A stretch of 64,000 bases of DNA. Source: Cyanophora paradoxa CCMP329. Its lineage: Eukaryota > Plantae > Glaucophyta. Position numbers and translations under genes: made by a program. The stretch spans positions 15,064 through 79,063 of the forward strand of contig QPMI01000236.1 in the NCBI GenBank assembly GCA_004431415.1, in the 5' to 3' direction. Position 1 is the first letter of the stretch, and each line of letters opens with the position of its first letter. The notes beneath the pieces are model-generated. The model did no database searches. It was not told the DNA's origin and saw nothing but the letters and a program-made list of their open reading frames with translations. This document shows, one piece after another, positions 9,457 to 22,900 of this stretch.

Positions 9457-9795
9457 GACTCGCGATCGCGATCGCCGAGTCGGGACTCGGGACTCGACTC
9501 GGCGAGCTCGGGAGTCGGGAGTCGGGAGTCGGGACTCGGGAGTCGGGAGTCCCGGAGTCCGACGGTCGGGACTCGGGAGTCGCCGCCGGGCCGGAGTCGC
9601 CGAGTCGGACTCGGGACTCGGGAGTCGGGACTCGACGAGTCGGGACTCGGGAGTCGGGACTCCCGAGTCCCGAGTCCGGCCCGGCGGGAGCCGATCCGCG
9701 GCGGGACTAGTACTACTGGTAGACTAACAGTGGTAGTATTCCCGGAACCCGGGAGTCGACGTCAAAAGTCGGGACTCGGGAGTCGGGACTCGGGA
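9457..9795. repeat. Heptamer minisatellite of GACTCGG/GAGTCGG units
   Basis: Dozens of GGGACTC/GGGAGTC units, with an inverted stretch (TCCCGAGTCCCGAGTCC) at ~9661. Confidence 0.9.
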
Positions 9796-10248
9796 TATAT
9801 ATACGCAAGTATGTACTTGATAATGAATCTTGAAATTATCATAAATTGAACTTGAAATCCCACTGCAAGGCATGCACTAGCTAGCAATGAATTCGAATGA
9901 TTTTAGCGGATTGACCAAAGAATTACTTATTTGTAATTCGTTAATTAACAAAAGACAAGGTTCCGGTACCGGTAGCTCACCGGAGGGTCCGTAGCTGTAC
10001 TACGTACTACGTACGGACCGTCTACGGTACGCACTGCGGCATGATCGCCCGCGCGCGCAGGAAACTTTGAAAACCGAGCCTGAAACCGATCATCGGATGG
10101 CCGGGGCCATGGGCCGGCGATGGCAGACTTGCCAAGTTGGCGGTTTACTTACTAAAGTTAATTATATGTGGTCACCGGGTTAAATTATATTAATATCAAG
10201 TATCAGTTATTATAATTAACTGCTGTATCTAGCTAGCGCTATTGCTAG

Positions 10249-10709
10249 TAGGGCACTGGCCAGCGGCCCGGCCGAACAGCTGGCTGGCTGGTTTTGGACT
10301 TTTAGGCTGGCCCAGCCGCCCGATTTGTTGACCAGCCGGGCCAGCCTTTTTCGGCTTTATCGGGCGGCCAGCCGGTCGGCGACACTGGCTGGGGGGTCGG
10401 TTCCAGGCTAGGAGTGGGGCTTGAGGGGGTGGCTTGATAAGATCAACAGCTAATATTCTTAACTGTGCACAATAAAACAGTTACAAAATCGTTTTCAAGA
10501 CACCGATTTCATTTAAGAACGTGGGCTCTGCGGCTGGTCGGCTGGCCTGCTGGCCTGGCCAAGCTGTCGGCTCCTAGCTGGAGGCTGGCCGCCAGCTGGA
10601 CGGCCAAATTTTGGCTGGAAGCTGGCGGCCAGCCCCGGGCCGCTGGCAAGGCTTCGTCGGCTTGGGCTGGCCCGCTGGCCAGAGGGAGGGCAGGCTGGCC
10701 AGTGCCCTA
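10249..10709. mobile_element. Non-autonomous hAT-superfamily MITE (461 bp)
   Basis: 16-bp perfect TIRs TAGGGCACTGGCCAGC / GCTGGCCAGTGCCCTA and a perfect 8-bp target-site duplication ATTGCTAG (10241-10248 and 10710-10717). A TAGGG start with an 8-bp TSD is characteristic of hAT elements. Confidence 0.93.
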
Positions 10710-10756
10710 ATTGCTAGCGCTAGCTGAACTTCCGGAATTCGCCGCTTCAATTCGGT

Positions 10757-10803
10757 CAGATCTTCCAGATCTTCCAGATCTTCGTCAGATCTTCCAGATC
10801 TTC
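10757..10803 (+). repeat. 9-bp tandem repeat (CAGATCTTC)x5
   Basis: Read directly from the sequence, with one 2-bp interruption. Confidence 0.9.
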
Positions 10804-11139
10804 ATGATCAGCGTTAGCGCGAAATCGCCGCGAATTCGAAGCTGCGCGATCATCGGATCCGAATTGATATCGGATTGCGGCGCTCCCCCCCCCCACCCCT
10901 CCCCCCCCCCTCTCTTCCCCGGCCCGTATACGTATACGTATACGTATATATACGTACGCGTTGCAGCGAGCGCTTCCCCCTGCGCCGGCCGTGCACGTGG
11001 CGACGGCCCCGCGCGCGGTCCCCGCCGCCCGCCGCCGTGACCCCCGGGTCCGGCCGCCGGGCGGTCCCGGTTTTGTAGTACCGGTACCGGTGCTGCTAGC
11101 TGGCCCAGCGGCCCCCTCAGGGCCTCCCCTCCCCCCAAC

Positions 11140-11851
11140 GCGGTGGGGCAAGTCGCGTCGACGTCGCTCGTCGACGAGGCGGCCCCGCCCGCCGCGGCCG
11201 GCGCCGACGCGGCGGGCCATGCACAGGTCGGGCCAGCTGGCGCGGCGCTACGGCAGCGAGGTGCGCCGCCGCCCCGCCCGCCCCCGCCCCGCCCCGCCCG
11301 CCGGCGCCGACGCGGCGGGGCAGGTCGCGTCGCTCGTCGACGAGGCGGCCCCGCCCGCCGCCGCCCGCGCCGGCCTCCCCTCGAGCCCGCCCCGCGACCC
11401 CCGCGGCGGCGCAGCCGGCCCCGTCCCCGCCGCCCGCCGCCCCGACCCAGAGTTGCCCCGGGCAGCACTGGCGGCCGCCGCGCAGCTCCCGCCGTGGAGC
11501 GCCCCCGCGCCACCGGTGTCCCTCTCGAGCTCGGCGCCCCACACCGCCTCCTCCCCCTCCTCCGGATCCTCCTCTCCCTCCCCCACGGCCGCACCGGTGG
11601 TCCGCAGCGCGTCGAGCACTCACATCGATATCGCGGGCGCCGCGGGGGCGCAGGAGCCCCGCTCGCCGGGCGCTGGCGGTGCCGCCCCCGTGGCGGTGCG
11701 GATCCGGCCGGGCTCTCCCCCGGCCCGCCGAAGCCCCCGCGGCCAGGCCGGCGGCCTCCGAGGTCCCCGCGGCGGCGGCACCAGCCTCTTCCCCGTCACC
11801 ACCGCCCGCCGCCCCAGCCCCGGCGGTCACCCCGGCGAGAGAAGGGCTTGA
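11140..11851 (+). pseudogene. Possible decayed low-complexity coding remnant with an internal duplication
   Basis: Duplicated segment (GQVAS(TS)LVDEAAPPAAA) at ~11145-11200 and ~11318-11365. No recognisable domain, and the strand is uncertain. Confidence 0.25.
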
Positions 11852-12166
11852 CATGCATGTCACGTAGGAGCAAAACTCCGCGCACAGAAGCACGGAACTG
11901 TGTACGTATACAGGAGCCGCTGGGCGGCAGCGGTCGACTACTAAGCTGTACCCCATCACCAGGAAGCAAGAGCTGTACCCTAGTACTAGTACTAGGCGGA
12001 AAGGGCTGAACGCCGGCCGCAAGAAGAAAAGAAGCTCTACAGCTGGGGAGGAACTGTACCCCATGCAGAGAGAGGAAAGAAAGTGCGGAGAGAACCGAAA
12101 GGCTACGCTATGATACAGTCTGTACAGGACGCGCGCGGGCTCTAGATCTGGCGGGGGCCCGGTCGC

Positions 12167-13764
12167 CTAGACGCCTTCGCCGGTCCCCGGGTCGGGCGGG
12201 GCGTTGGTGGGCGTGGCGGAGGCGAGGCGCGTGGCGGCGCCCCGCGCGAGGCGGAAGGACTCGCGCTGCCCGAGCGGCTGGATCCCCATGGTCCGCCCCG
12301 AGGCGGGGGGGAGGGCCCGGGGCGACGAGGAGGAGGCGGACGAGGAGGAGGAGGAGGAGGCGAGCAGGGGCGGGGTCTCGAGGGGCGGGAGGGGCGCGTC
12401 GGGGCGGTCCGGTGCCACGGCGTAGCGCGGGGGCGGGGCGTGGATGGCGGGGCAGAGCGAGGCCGGCAGGTACCGCCCGTGCGCCTCCTCGAAGGCCGCC
12501 CGCCGCGCCGCCTCCGCCGCGTGGATCGCCTCCAGCTCGGCGCGGCAGCGCTCGACGGCGGCGGCGGCGCGCGCCTGCTCGGCCCGCCGGCGCTGGACCT
12601 CGGGCGCCAGCTGCGCGTACGCCGCGTGCGTGTGCGCGTACCAGCCGCACAGGTCGCCCATCTCCTCCGCGCAGGCCGCCAGCGCCGGCTCGGCGGCCGC
12701 CGCCTCCTCCTCCGCCCGCAGGAGCGCCGCCTCGGCCGCCCCGAGCCGCTCGCCAAAGTCCGCCAGCGTCGCGTGCGCCGCTGTGGCCGCCGCGTGGGCC
12801 TCGCTGTATCGCGCGGCCCGCCCGTGCGCCTCGCCCGTCGCCGCCAGCACGCGCTGCAGGCTGTAGTAGCACTTGGAGGCCAGCTCCGGAAGCTCCGCCG
12901 TCCTCGCCTCGAGCTCCTCCGCGCTCATCGCCGGCGCCTCGCCCCGCCGCAGGCTGTACAGCAGCCGGTCGTGGTGCCTCGCAACCGCCAGGAGCGCGCC
13001 CAGCATCGTGTGCAGCTGCGGTGGCGGTGAGAGGCGCGGACGTGCGGGCGAAGGCGCCGGCGCCGACCGCGCGCTGCGCACCTCGGGCATGTTGCGCGCT
13101 GGCTTCTCGGGGCCGCCGGACGGGGCCCGCGCGGCGCGGAGGCCGGGCGCGCAGGAGGACTGCAGCTCGGCGGCGCGCGCCTCGAGCCGTTCGAGCAGCG
13201 CGCGGGCTTCCTGGAGCGGCCGGCGGAGGGCGGCGATCAGCTCCTTCGCCTGCTTCCGGAGGTCGCCGACCGCCTGCATGTCGACGAAGTCCAGCATCGC
13301 GCGCTTCGGCTCCGACGAGGACGCCGAGAGAAGCCGCGGGTCGATCTGCTGCGCCCCAAGGCGCCGCAGGACCTCCACCAGCTGGGCTTCTTGCTTTTCG
13401 ACCCGTCCGGCGTGCTGCTCGGCCCGCGCCTCCAGCGCCTGCGCGCCGCGTTCAGAACGGTTTGAAAGACGCATATCAAGCCGCAAGTCCCGCACCGCCC
13501 TCCGGTCTTGCAGCTGCTTCGTCGACACGCCGAACGCCTGCCACGCAAACCACATGAAATCAAGGGATGACCGCGGCGGGCGGGAAGGGGCACCTCTAAC
13601 TGCTGCTGAAGCTCTTCCTGTATTGCTGCGAGGTGCGTGCTCGCGGCTTCGAGCTGCTCCGCGCGGAGGTCGTGCTGCTCGGCCGCGTTTTGAGCCTGGA
13701 GGCAGTACTGCTGGGTGACCTCCAACGCTCGGGCCGCGGCCGCCAGGTGTTCGGCCGCGGCCAT
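12167..13764 (-). CDS. ATG17: Autophagy scaffold ATG17-family protein (about 4 exons)
   Basis: Coiled-coil protein with LGAQQIDPRL..AMLDFVDMQAVGDL, LLAVARHHD and LCGWYAHTHAAYAQLAPEVQRRR..EAARRAAFEEAHGRYLPASLCPAIHAPPP, matching Atg17 signatures. Start MAAAEHL is at 13764, with GT-AG introns. Confidence 0.75.
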
Positions 13765-13996
13765 CTTGCTGGGCGCCGCAGGTTGAAAGGGCCGACCGTG
13801 CTCGGCCCCGAGTCAGCGGCTGTGTTCTGTTTCCTTCTACCCCAGGAAGGCGGGGTACAGTCCCGAAAACACCTCTGCCGAAAACAGATCGGCCGCGCTC
13901 GGCTCGCACTCGCAGCAGCGGCATGAGCTTAGGACCGCAGTCGAGTTAGCCATCGGTCAGGCCTCGTAGCGAGGGCCTAGGGCCCAACCCAGAGCG

Positions 13997-16900
13997 ATGG
14001 CCACCCTCCGGACGACGAAGCGGACGGAGCGGACCGGCAGCATGGGCGAGCGGACCATCCTGAAGTTCCCTAGATATGTCAGCGGGGACGATGGCGTGGA
14101 GCCCAAGGTGCGCTGGAGCGGCCCGCTCGGCTATGTGGCAGCCGCGCTAGCTTCCGCACGCCTGCATGCGTGGAGCGGTGCCTCGTGCCTCGTAGCTCAT
14201 GCCCGTGCCGCATTGTCCGAGCAGAAGACCCCGAGCATGCTTCGGAAAGAGTTCGAGGCGTGCAAGAAGGGGACGCTGCCTTTCCCGGTGAAGAGCAAGC
14301 CGCCGAAGATCGTGGAGTTCCTCAACATGTCGGACTACACGCACCAGACGAACACGATCGTCCCCATCGACGAGCCCATCTTCCAGCCCTTCCCGCCGCA
14401 GGTCGTCTTCCAGGGCTACGAGCCTTTCAAGACCTACGAGGCGGTGCTGCACCTCCGCAACAACGACAACGTGCGCGCGCTCGCTCGCAGCTAAGCCCCG
14501 CCCCGCGCGCCTTCCGCCCCCTGAGGCCTGCCCCGCCCGCTCGCCCCCGCAGGTGGCGCGGCGCGTGAAGGTCCTCCCGATCGAGTCGCCGTACTTCAGC
14601 GTCACGCCGGGCAAGGAGGCGCTGAAGGGCGCCAAGGTGGCGTCGGGTATGGAGCTGACGTACAACATCAAGTTCCAGCCGGAGGAGCGCAAGGACTACG
14701 TCATCGACCTCGTGGTGGCCACGGAGCGCGAGAAGTTCCACGTGCCCGTCCGCGCCATCGGCTCCCGCGGTGCGCCACCTCCGCGCCGCGGCGCCGCTCG
14801 CGCGCTCTCTGGCTGACACCGCCGCCGCCCGCGCCCGCGCGCCCGCAGCATTCCTGGACTTCCCGGACGAGATCGTGTTCGACCAGGCGGTGGTCAAGAT
14901 GACGACGACGCGGACCGTGCTGATGCGGAACATCGGCGACCGGGACGCGCAGTTCAGCTTCGAGACGAGCGGGCCCTTCAAGGTGATGCCCATGGAGGGG
15001 TACGTGGACGTGGGCGAGGCGGCCCAGGTGACGCTCTCCTTCACGCCGGAGAGCGCGATCGACTACACGGGCGAGGTCCGCCTCGCCTTCGGGGAGGGCC
15101 AGGTCGTCTACAGCGCCCTGCGCGGCTCGGGCGGCGAGGTCAACGTGCGCCTCGACAAGACCGAGCTCACGATGGAGCCGACGTACACCGGCCTCTCCTC
15201 GCGGCGCACCATCAAGATCTACAACAGCTCGGACATCCCCATCCACTACGAGTGGCGCGCGCTCGCCACGGCGGCGGCCGAGCAGCGGGAGCGCGCGGCG
15301 CGGCAGATGGAGCTGACGAGGGCCGAGAACGAAGAGACGCGGGCGCTGCAGGCGACGGCGACGGCGGCGCTGAGCGCGGCGGCGGCGCGCACGGGCGGGC
15401 TGGGCGGGGACGACGAGGGGAGCGAGGGGGAGGAGGGGGAGGGCGGCGGGGCGCGGCGGGGGATGCTGGAGGTGACGCGGCGGTACGAGCGGGCGCGGGG
15501 CGAGGTGGACCACGACCGCATGCTCTTCTACCACGAGGCCTTCTCCATCGAGCCCGTCGAGGGGGACCTCTGGGGCCACTCCGAGGTCCAGGTGCGGCGG
15601 CCGGCGCTGCGCGGGAGTTCGTCCTCCTCGGCCGGCCCCACGCTGAGCGAGCCTTGCAGGTGACGATCACGTTCTCGCCGCTGGCGGCGGCGCGCTTCAA
15701 CACGGCGGCGTACCTCGAGGTCACGGGCCGGCAGACGCGCCTCCCCCTCGACCTCAAGGGCGAGGGCGTCGGGCCCCGCGCCCGCTTCTCCTACGACGTC
15801 GTCCGCCCCGCCCCCACCCGCCCCGCCCCGCGCGCCTTTCCTCGGCGCTGACGGGCCGGCCGGCCCCCCAGCTGGACCTCGGGGACGTCTTCCTGAACAG
15901 CGTGCACCAGTACGAGGTCTCCATCGAGAACCAGGGCAACATCCAGGTCCGCTTTTCCCCTTGCCCCGCCCCGCCCCGCTTCCCTCTCCTCCGCTCCGCT
16001 CCGCTCCGGTTCGAGGCCCGTTTGCCTCCTCCCTCCCTCCAGGTGCGGTACCAGCTGCGGCCGCCGGCGTCGGTCTTCGGGCAGAAGTTCCACTTCACGC
16101 CGAGCGCCGGCGTCCTGGGCGTCGGCGAGTCCCAGACCCTCCAGGTGCTCCCTATGCTACGCCCCGCTACGCTCAGCTATGCTTCGCGCCTTCTGAACGG
16201 CCCCGCCCCGCCCCGGCTCAGGTGACGTTCGCGTCGAACGTGCTGGGGGACTTCGCGGAGCGCTTCTCCTTCCACGTCGCCTTCGCGAACGAGGACCTGC
16301 ACGTCGACTTCAAGGGGCGCGTCGTCGGGCCCACCTTTAACTTCGACGCCGAGGAGCTCGACTTCGGCACCGTCAGGTCCGCCCGCTGGCTTGCTTGCTT
16401 GCGGCGCCGCCTTTCTGACGTCTTTGTTGCTCGCAGCTACGCCTTTTTGACGACGAAGACGCTCTCGCTGTACAACACGTCGGAGATCCCGATGAAGTTC
16501 TCGCTGCGGGTGCCGGGGGACGGCCGCGCGGCGGGGGCGCCCAACGGCCGCGAGTTCGAGATCGTGCCGAGCTCGGGGACGGTGCTGCCCCACGGGAAGC
16601 AGAAAGTGCAGGTGGACTTTGTGCCCGTGCAGGCCCGGCCCTACGACCGGTCCCTGGTGGTGGACGTGGAGGGCGTGGGGCAGGACCTGCTCGCGCTGCC
16701 CATGCGCGCCCGCTGCCTCGTCCCCAAGATCTCCATCTCGGCCGACGAGGTCCAGTACGGCGACTGCTTCCTCCGCTACCCCTACCCCAAGGTCGTCGAG
16801 CTCGTCAACGAGTCCAAGCTCCCCGCCAAGTACGAGGTGCGCGCCGGCGGGCGGGCGGGCGGGCGGGCGGGCGGGCGGGCGGGCCGGCCAGCTAGCTACC

Positions 16901-19900
16901 TAGCCCCCTAAGCTAGCCCGGCCCGGCTAGGCCCGATCGGGCCGCGTGCGTGCGCCCCGACTGACGCGCCGGCCGCCGCCGCCGCCGCCCCCGCAGGTGC
17001 TGGCGCAGGACGAGGGCTCGAAGTGCATCGCGACGCACGAGGCGGACAAGCCCAAGGGCGTCATCCCCGCGCTCTCCTCGTGCATCGTGGCCCTCACGCT
17101 CACCCCGGAGCGCCTGGGGCCCATCTCCCTCCCCGTCTACTTCAAGGTGGCCGGCTCGGAGGGCCCGCCCCTCTCCACCACCCTCTCCTGCAACTGCGTC
17201 GGCCCGACCGTCACCCTCGACACCGCCAGCCTCGACTGGGGCTCCGTCGCCGTCCTCCAGCCCTGGGAGCGCACCCTCACGCTCCACAACCCCTCGCTCA
17301 TCGCGGCCGAGTACAAGGCCTTCTTCAAGCGCGCCTCGGTCTTCTCGCTGGAGAAGCACCAGGGGCGCATCCCGCCGGGCGGCAGCGAGGCGCTGCGCAT
17401 CACGGCGAACCTGGACGAGACGCAGAAGTTCGACGAGGAGCTCCGCGTCATGATCACCGACGCCGACGACAAGGTCGTGCGGCTGCACGCCAAGGGCACG
17501 GGGACGACCGTCTGGTGCGCCCACCCGATGGACACGATCGACTTCGGCAACCTCTTCACCAACCGCGGGCGCGTCTCCTGTCTCATCTATCTTATCTTAG
17601 AAGCTGACGGCTGGGGCAGGACGGTGAAGGAGATCGTGCTGGAGAACCGCGGGCGGAGGACGCAGACGCTGGTCTGGTCCTACAAGGACCCCAAGAAGAA
17701 CCGGAAGCGGCCGGCGGACGCGCCGCCCGAGGAGCCCGAGGTCTTCCAGTGGCAGCCGCAGCGCGTCAACGTCGAGCCCAAGACCGCCGTGGTGAGCGGG
17801 GCCGGGCCGGGCCGGGGCTTAGCGGGCGGGGGGCTCACGCCGGGGCGCGCGCAGATCTTCGAGGTGCGGGCGGCGTGCGCGCGGAACGGGACGGCTTCGG
17901 AGCAGTTCGTGTGCACGACGACGGTCGGCAAGACGCAGAAAGTGGTCTTCGAGAGCACGCTGGTCGCCAACTTCGTCGACCCGCTCCTCGAGTGGTCGGC
18001 CCCGGGGCTCACCTTCACGTACGACTACGAGCCGGGCGTGCCCATCCGGCCCCAGACGATGCCCGTCACGCTCAAGAACGTCTCGCTGCTGCCGCTCGAG
18101 TTCCACCTGCGGACGCAGGTGCCCTTCTACGTCGAGGGCGGCGAGCACTCGCTGCAGCCGGGCGAGACGTGCACCGTCGCCGTGCAGTTCGACCCGGGCT
18201 TCCGTAACGACAAGCAGAGCGCGCGCATCACGAACAAGCTGAACGTCATCTACCGGGAGCACCCGCAGCGGGACAGCCTGCCGCTCGTCGGGGAGATCAA
18301 CTTCCCGAACCTCACGTTCGAGTCCAACAAGATCGACTTCGGGTGCGTCCTCAACGAGACGGCCAAGCGCGTCGTTGTCGAGTTCTCCAACAAGAGCAAG
18401 ATCGAGGTGCTTATCATTATTGTTTTACCGTCTAGCTTTCTCTTCTTGTTCTGATTGCTTTGTGTTTGCAGGCCTCGTACCAGTGGTTCTTCATCGAGGA
18501 CGAGGAGCCGGCGAAGCACGACGACACGCTCTCGGTCAACGCGGCGCCGCTGGGGCCGGCCGGCTCCGCCACCAACCCGCCCAGCGGCGCCGCCTCGGCG
18601 CGCACCAACGTCCCCGAGGGGACGCCGGCGCCGGTGCCGGCGGCGCCGTCCAACACGCGCGCGGCGCGGGCGGCGGCCGCCGCCGCCGCAGCGGCGGCGG
18701 CGCTCCCGCCCGTGCCGGTGAACCAAGTCTTCGACATCCGGCCCATCCGGAGCGTGTTGAAGCCGGGCGAGTCGGAGCGGGTCGAGTTCGTCTTCTACGG
18801 CCACACGAACCGCAAGTTCAAGGGCTCCGCCGTCTGCGACGTCTCCGGCGGGCCCGAGTACGAGTTCCAGGTCCGCGAACGAACGCGCAAGAAAATGAGA
18901 TTCATTCCCTTGGATCTAATCTAATCCAATCCAACCCACCCGAACAGGTCTCGGCGGAGGCGAGCCAGGTGCAGTACAAGCTGGACACGCGGTCCATCGC
19001 GTTCGAGCCGCAGCAGTACGACAAGCAGGAGGAGCGCGAGATCGTGCTCTCCAACACGGGCCGCGTCGGCTTCGCGTACACGATCTCGACGGCGGCCGTG
19101 CAGCGCCCGGGGGCCCTCGAGATCTCCCCGATGTCGGGGCGCGTCAACGCCCACGAGAAGGCCAAGCTGGTCGTCAAGTTCATGCCCCGCGTCCCCGACC
19201 GCGCCGTCGAGAAGTTCCACATCCAGGTCCGCCTTTCGTTCGTTTCCACATATCTAATCCAGTGCCTTTCGTCTTAGCTCCCGCCTCCCACCTCAGGTCG
19301 CGCACTTCGACCCGGAGGAGATCACGGTGACGGGCGAGGGCCTCTTCCCATGCCTCCTCCTCACGCTCCCGCGGCTGGAGGACGAGCGCCACAAGGCGGC
19401 CGTCGAGGCGGTCCTCGCGAACCCGCCCCGCCTGCCCCCGCCCGGCACGCCCTACTACGGCCAGCCCCCGCCCCCCTCGCCCGGGCCCGGCGGCGCCCCG
19501 GCCCCGGCCGGCGCCGCCGCCGCGGAGGCGGCGCTGGAGAGCATTCCGGAGGGCAACGCCTTCGAGGCGACGACCGGCTCGCTGCCGCTGTCGGCGGGGC
19601 CGGCCTCCATGGGCGCCTCGGGCAAGGGGCCCCCGGGCGGGGGCAGCACGGGCCGCCGCGCCGGCGCCTCGACGCCGGGGAGCAACCGGAGCGGGCCGCG
19701 CTTCTCGGCGGCGCCGATCAAGCTGCCGAACCTGGGGCAGGGGCCCCTGGACGCCCTCGGGCTCGCCGAGGTCGACCGCCGGGTACGCGCGAAGTCTTAG
19801 CCCGGGGCCTCATCGGGAAGCGTTCCTCTGAGCGTTCCTCCGCGCAGATCCTGCTGCAGAACGTGACCGAGTTCCTGGCGGAGGAGCAGCGGCAGCCGCC

Positions 19901-22900
19901 GCGCTCGGCGGGGGCGCAGGGGGCGGCGGGGGGACAGGGGAGCGACAGCGCGCGGGCCGGCCGCGGCACGAAGATGCCGCGCGAGATGCGCCCCCTCGCC
20001 ACGTACGTCTGCGACTTCGGGAACGTCGTCAAGGGCACCACCCGCAAGAAGTCCTTCAAGGTGCCCCAGTACCCCCCTCCTCCACCCCCCTTGTACTCAC
20101 TCTACCCCGTACCCCCCCCCAAAAAAGGCCTCGACGGTGAGCTGGCTGGCGTCGACCTTCGAGTTCGTGAAGGCGGCGCTGCTGGGGACGGGCCTGACGG
20201 TGACGCCGGATCGCGTGCCCCGCATCGGGGGCTTCCCCGAGTGCGAGGTCATGGACCTCGCGGTCATCTTCACGGCCACGAAGAAGGAGCTCGCCCTGGG
20301 GCCCTTCCAGGTCCATCTTTCCCCTACCCCTCCCTGCTCCGCCCCGCCCTTCTCAGCTAACCTTGCCTTCCTCCCCTCGCCAGGTGGACGTGCCGCTGGT
20401 GATGAAGGACGGCCCGGCGCACGTGCTCTCGGTGCGGGCGAACGTGACGGTGCCCGACGTCAAGCTCTCCGCCGATGTCCTCGACTTCGGCCGCATCGCC
20501 CTCGGCCAGTGCCGCGTCATGTACCTCCAGGCCCGCCTTCTTCTTCTTCTCGCTTCGTTTGAGCCTCTTCTGACTGACGGCTCTCCGCCTCGCCTCGCCC
20601 CGGCAGGTCCTGAACTACCGGGAGGTGCCCTGCGAGTGGGGCTTCAAGCGGAGCCAGGAGGCGGCCAAGGAGCTCGCGCCCTTCACCTTTAACCCGGAGG
20701 GCGGCATCCTCCAGCCCAACGAGCGCGTCAACGTCGAGGTCCGACCGCGGACTGCTGAAGGGATCAGCGATAGAGGCTTAGAAGCGTCGCGCAGGTGACG
20801 TACACGCCGCTGGAGGAGCGCAAGTCGGCTTTCAAGCTGCCCGTGCGGGTGAACCAGAACCCGCGCTCGCTGAGCCTCGCCGTGCGCGCCTCGGCGGCCT
20901 CGCTCGGCGTCAAGTTCGAGCCGTCCAGCGTCGACCTGGGCGCCATCATGCCCCGCACCAAGCCGGCCGAGCGCATTGTCAACCTCGTCAACACCTCCGA
21001 GGTCCCCGTCGAGGTCCGCTCAGATCTGATCCGATCTGATCTGATCTGATCTGATGCAACCCTCGGATCTGATCTGACCCGGGCCGGGCCCCGGGGTACA
21101 GGTGTACAGCTTGGACCTGGACATGCTCTACCTGGAGGAGGAGGACGCCCTGCGGTACGCGAAGGGGTACCAGAGGAACGTTCTCCTGCTGGAGCCGCGG
21201 CCCCCGGGGGCGCCCCTGCCCGAGGCGCTGGTGGCGGAGGCGAAGGCGCGCAAGGCGCGGGAGCTGAGCCCGCCGCTCGGGCCGGACGGGCAGCCGATTC
21301 CGGAGGAGGTCGAGGTCGAGCCGGACCGGGCCGTCCACGTCGTCGTGGCGGGGCCCAGCGGCGTCGGCAAGTCGACGCTCGCCGCGCAGCTCGCCGCCCG
21401 CTACCGCGTCCCCGTCCTCACCCTCGACGGACTCCTCCAGGCCGCCATCGACGCCGGTACCCCCGCCGGCCTCGAGGCCTTCGCGGCCCTGTACCCCGAC
21501 CTCGCCGCCCCTGCCGCCCCCGCCGAGGGCGCCTCCGACCCCTCCTCCGCCCCCACCCCCGGCCCGGGCTCCGCCCCGCCCCCGGCCGCGAGCCCCGTCC
21601 CCGAGCAGCACACGCCGGCGCCGCCGCCGCCGCCGCCGGCCGCCAGCCCCGCCCCGCCCAGCGCCAGCTCGCCGATCCCCGGCGCCTCCGCGACGCCCTC
21701 GGCCGACCGCTCCGCGTCGCCCGAGGCCGGGGCGCCGGGGACCATCCCCGTGGAGCCTCCGGCGCGGCCGGCGGTCACGGTGGGCGTGACGGAGGCCAAG
21801 GGCGCGCTGGAGGCGGCGACGGTGACCAAGGTCGTGCAGGAGCGCATGGCGCAGCCCGACTGCGCGCTCGGCTTCGTCTTCGACGGGCTGGCCTCGAAGG
21901 TCCTGGCCTCCCCCGAGGCGGCCGCGGCGGCCGTCGTCGACGCCGTCCACACGCGCGTCTGGTTCTTCGCCGCCATGCAGCTCCCGGACCCGCTGGCGCT
22001 CGCCGCCCGCCGCCGCCCGCCGCCCCGCCCCCGCCGAGCGGCCCGAGGGCGAGGAGGCCGCCGCCGCCCCCCCGCCGCCCCCGCCCGAGCCGGCGCCGGA
22101 GGCCCCGCCGCCCAAGGAGGCCCCGGCGAAGGGCAAGGACGGCAAGGACAAGAAGAAGGGCAAGGCGGAGGCTGAGGAGATCCCGGAGGAGCCGCAGGAC
22201 GTGAAGGAGGCGCGTGCGGACCTGGAGGCGTGGGCCGAGGCGCTGCGGGTCGCCCAGTGGGTCGTCCGCTCCCGGGAGGCGGCGAAGAAGGGCGTCGAGA
22301 TGCCAAAGCTCGAGGAGCCCAAGGGCAAGGACGGCAAGGGCGGCAAGGACAAGCCGGGGGAGAAGGACGCGAAGAAGAAGAAGGACGCCGGCCCCCCGAT
22401 CGAGGAGCTGGTCCCCATCGACGCGATCCTGCGGCTCGTGCCGGCGGAGAAGCCGGCGGACGCGCTCTTCCAGGAGCTGTGCGAGGGGCTCCCGCCGCCG
22501 GTGCCGCCGCCGGTGAACCCCTTCGAGGCGATGGAGATCCCGCCCCCGCGCACCATGCAGATCGTGCACAAGCCCAACGTCCGCGGCAAGCGCGCTCCCA
22601 TCGCCCACTTCTCCGTCCTCACCCCCGTCGCCGAGCCCCCACCGCCCCCGCCGCCCTCCGCGGGCGCCGGCGGCCCGGACGCCCCTCCGCTGCCGGCGGT
22701 GACGCCGGCCGCGGGCGACGCGCCGGCCGCGTCGCCCGCGCCGGCGGCTTCGGACAGCAAACCGGGGACGGCGGCCGGGCAGTCGCGGCCGCAGTCCAAG
22801 GGCTCCGAGTCCTCGCGCCCGGCGACCAGCAAGGACGCCAAGGCGAAGGAGCAGGAGGCGGCAGCAGCGGCGGCGGCGGCAGCGGCAGCAGCGGCCGCCG

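Noticed and set aside
9705-9725. TACTACT as the Polinton right terminus
   Set aside because: It is 6 kb from the integrase beyond unrelated elements, and ACT/AGT runs are common products of the local micro-palindrome pattern.
10251-10707. MITE as PIF/Harbinger or Tc1/mariner with a TA target
   Set aside because: Including TA in the TIR reveals a perfect 8-bp TSD, which indicates hAT.
13765-13924. ORF-track start of the 585-aa minus ORF at 13924
   Set aside because: The N-terminal ~125 aa are off-frame or intronic. The coiled-coil exon starting MAAAEHL at 13764 splices cleanly into the Atg17 body.
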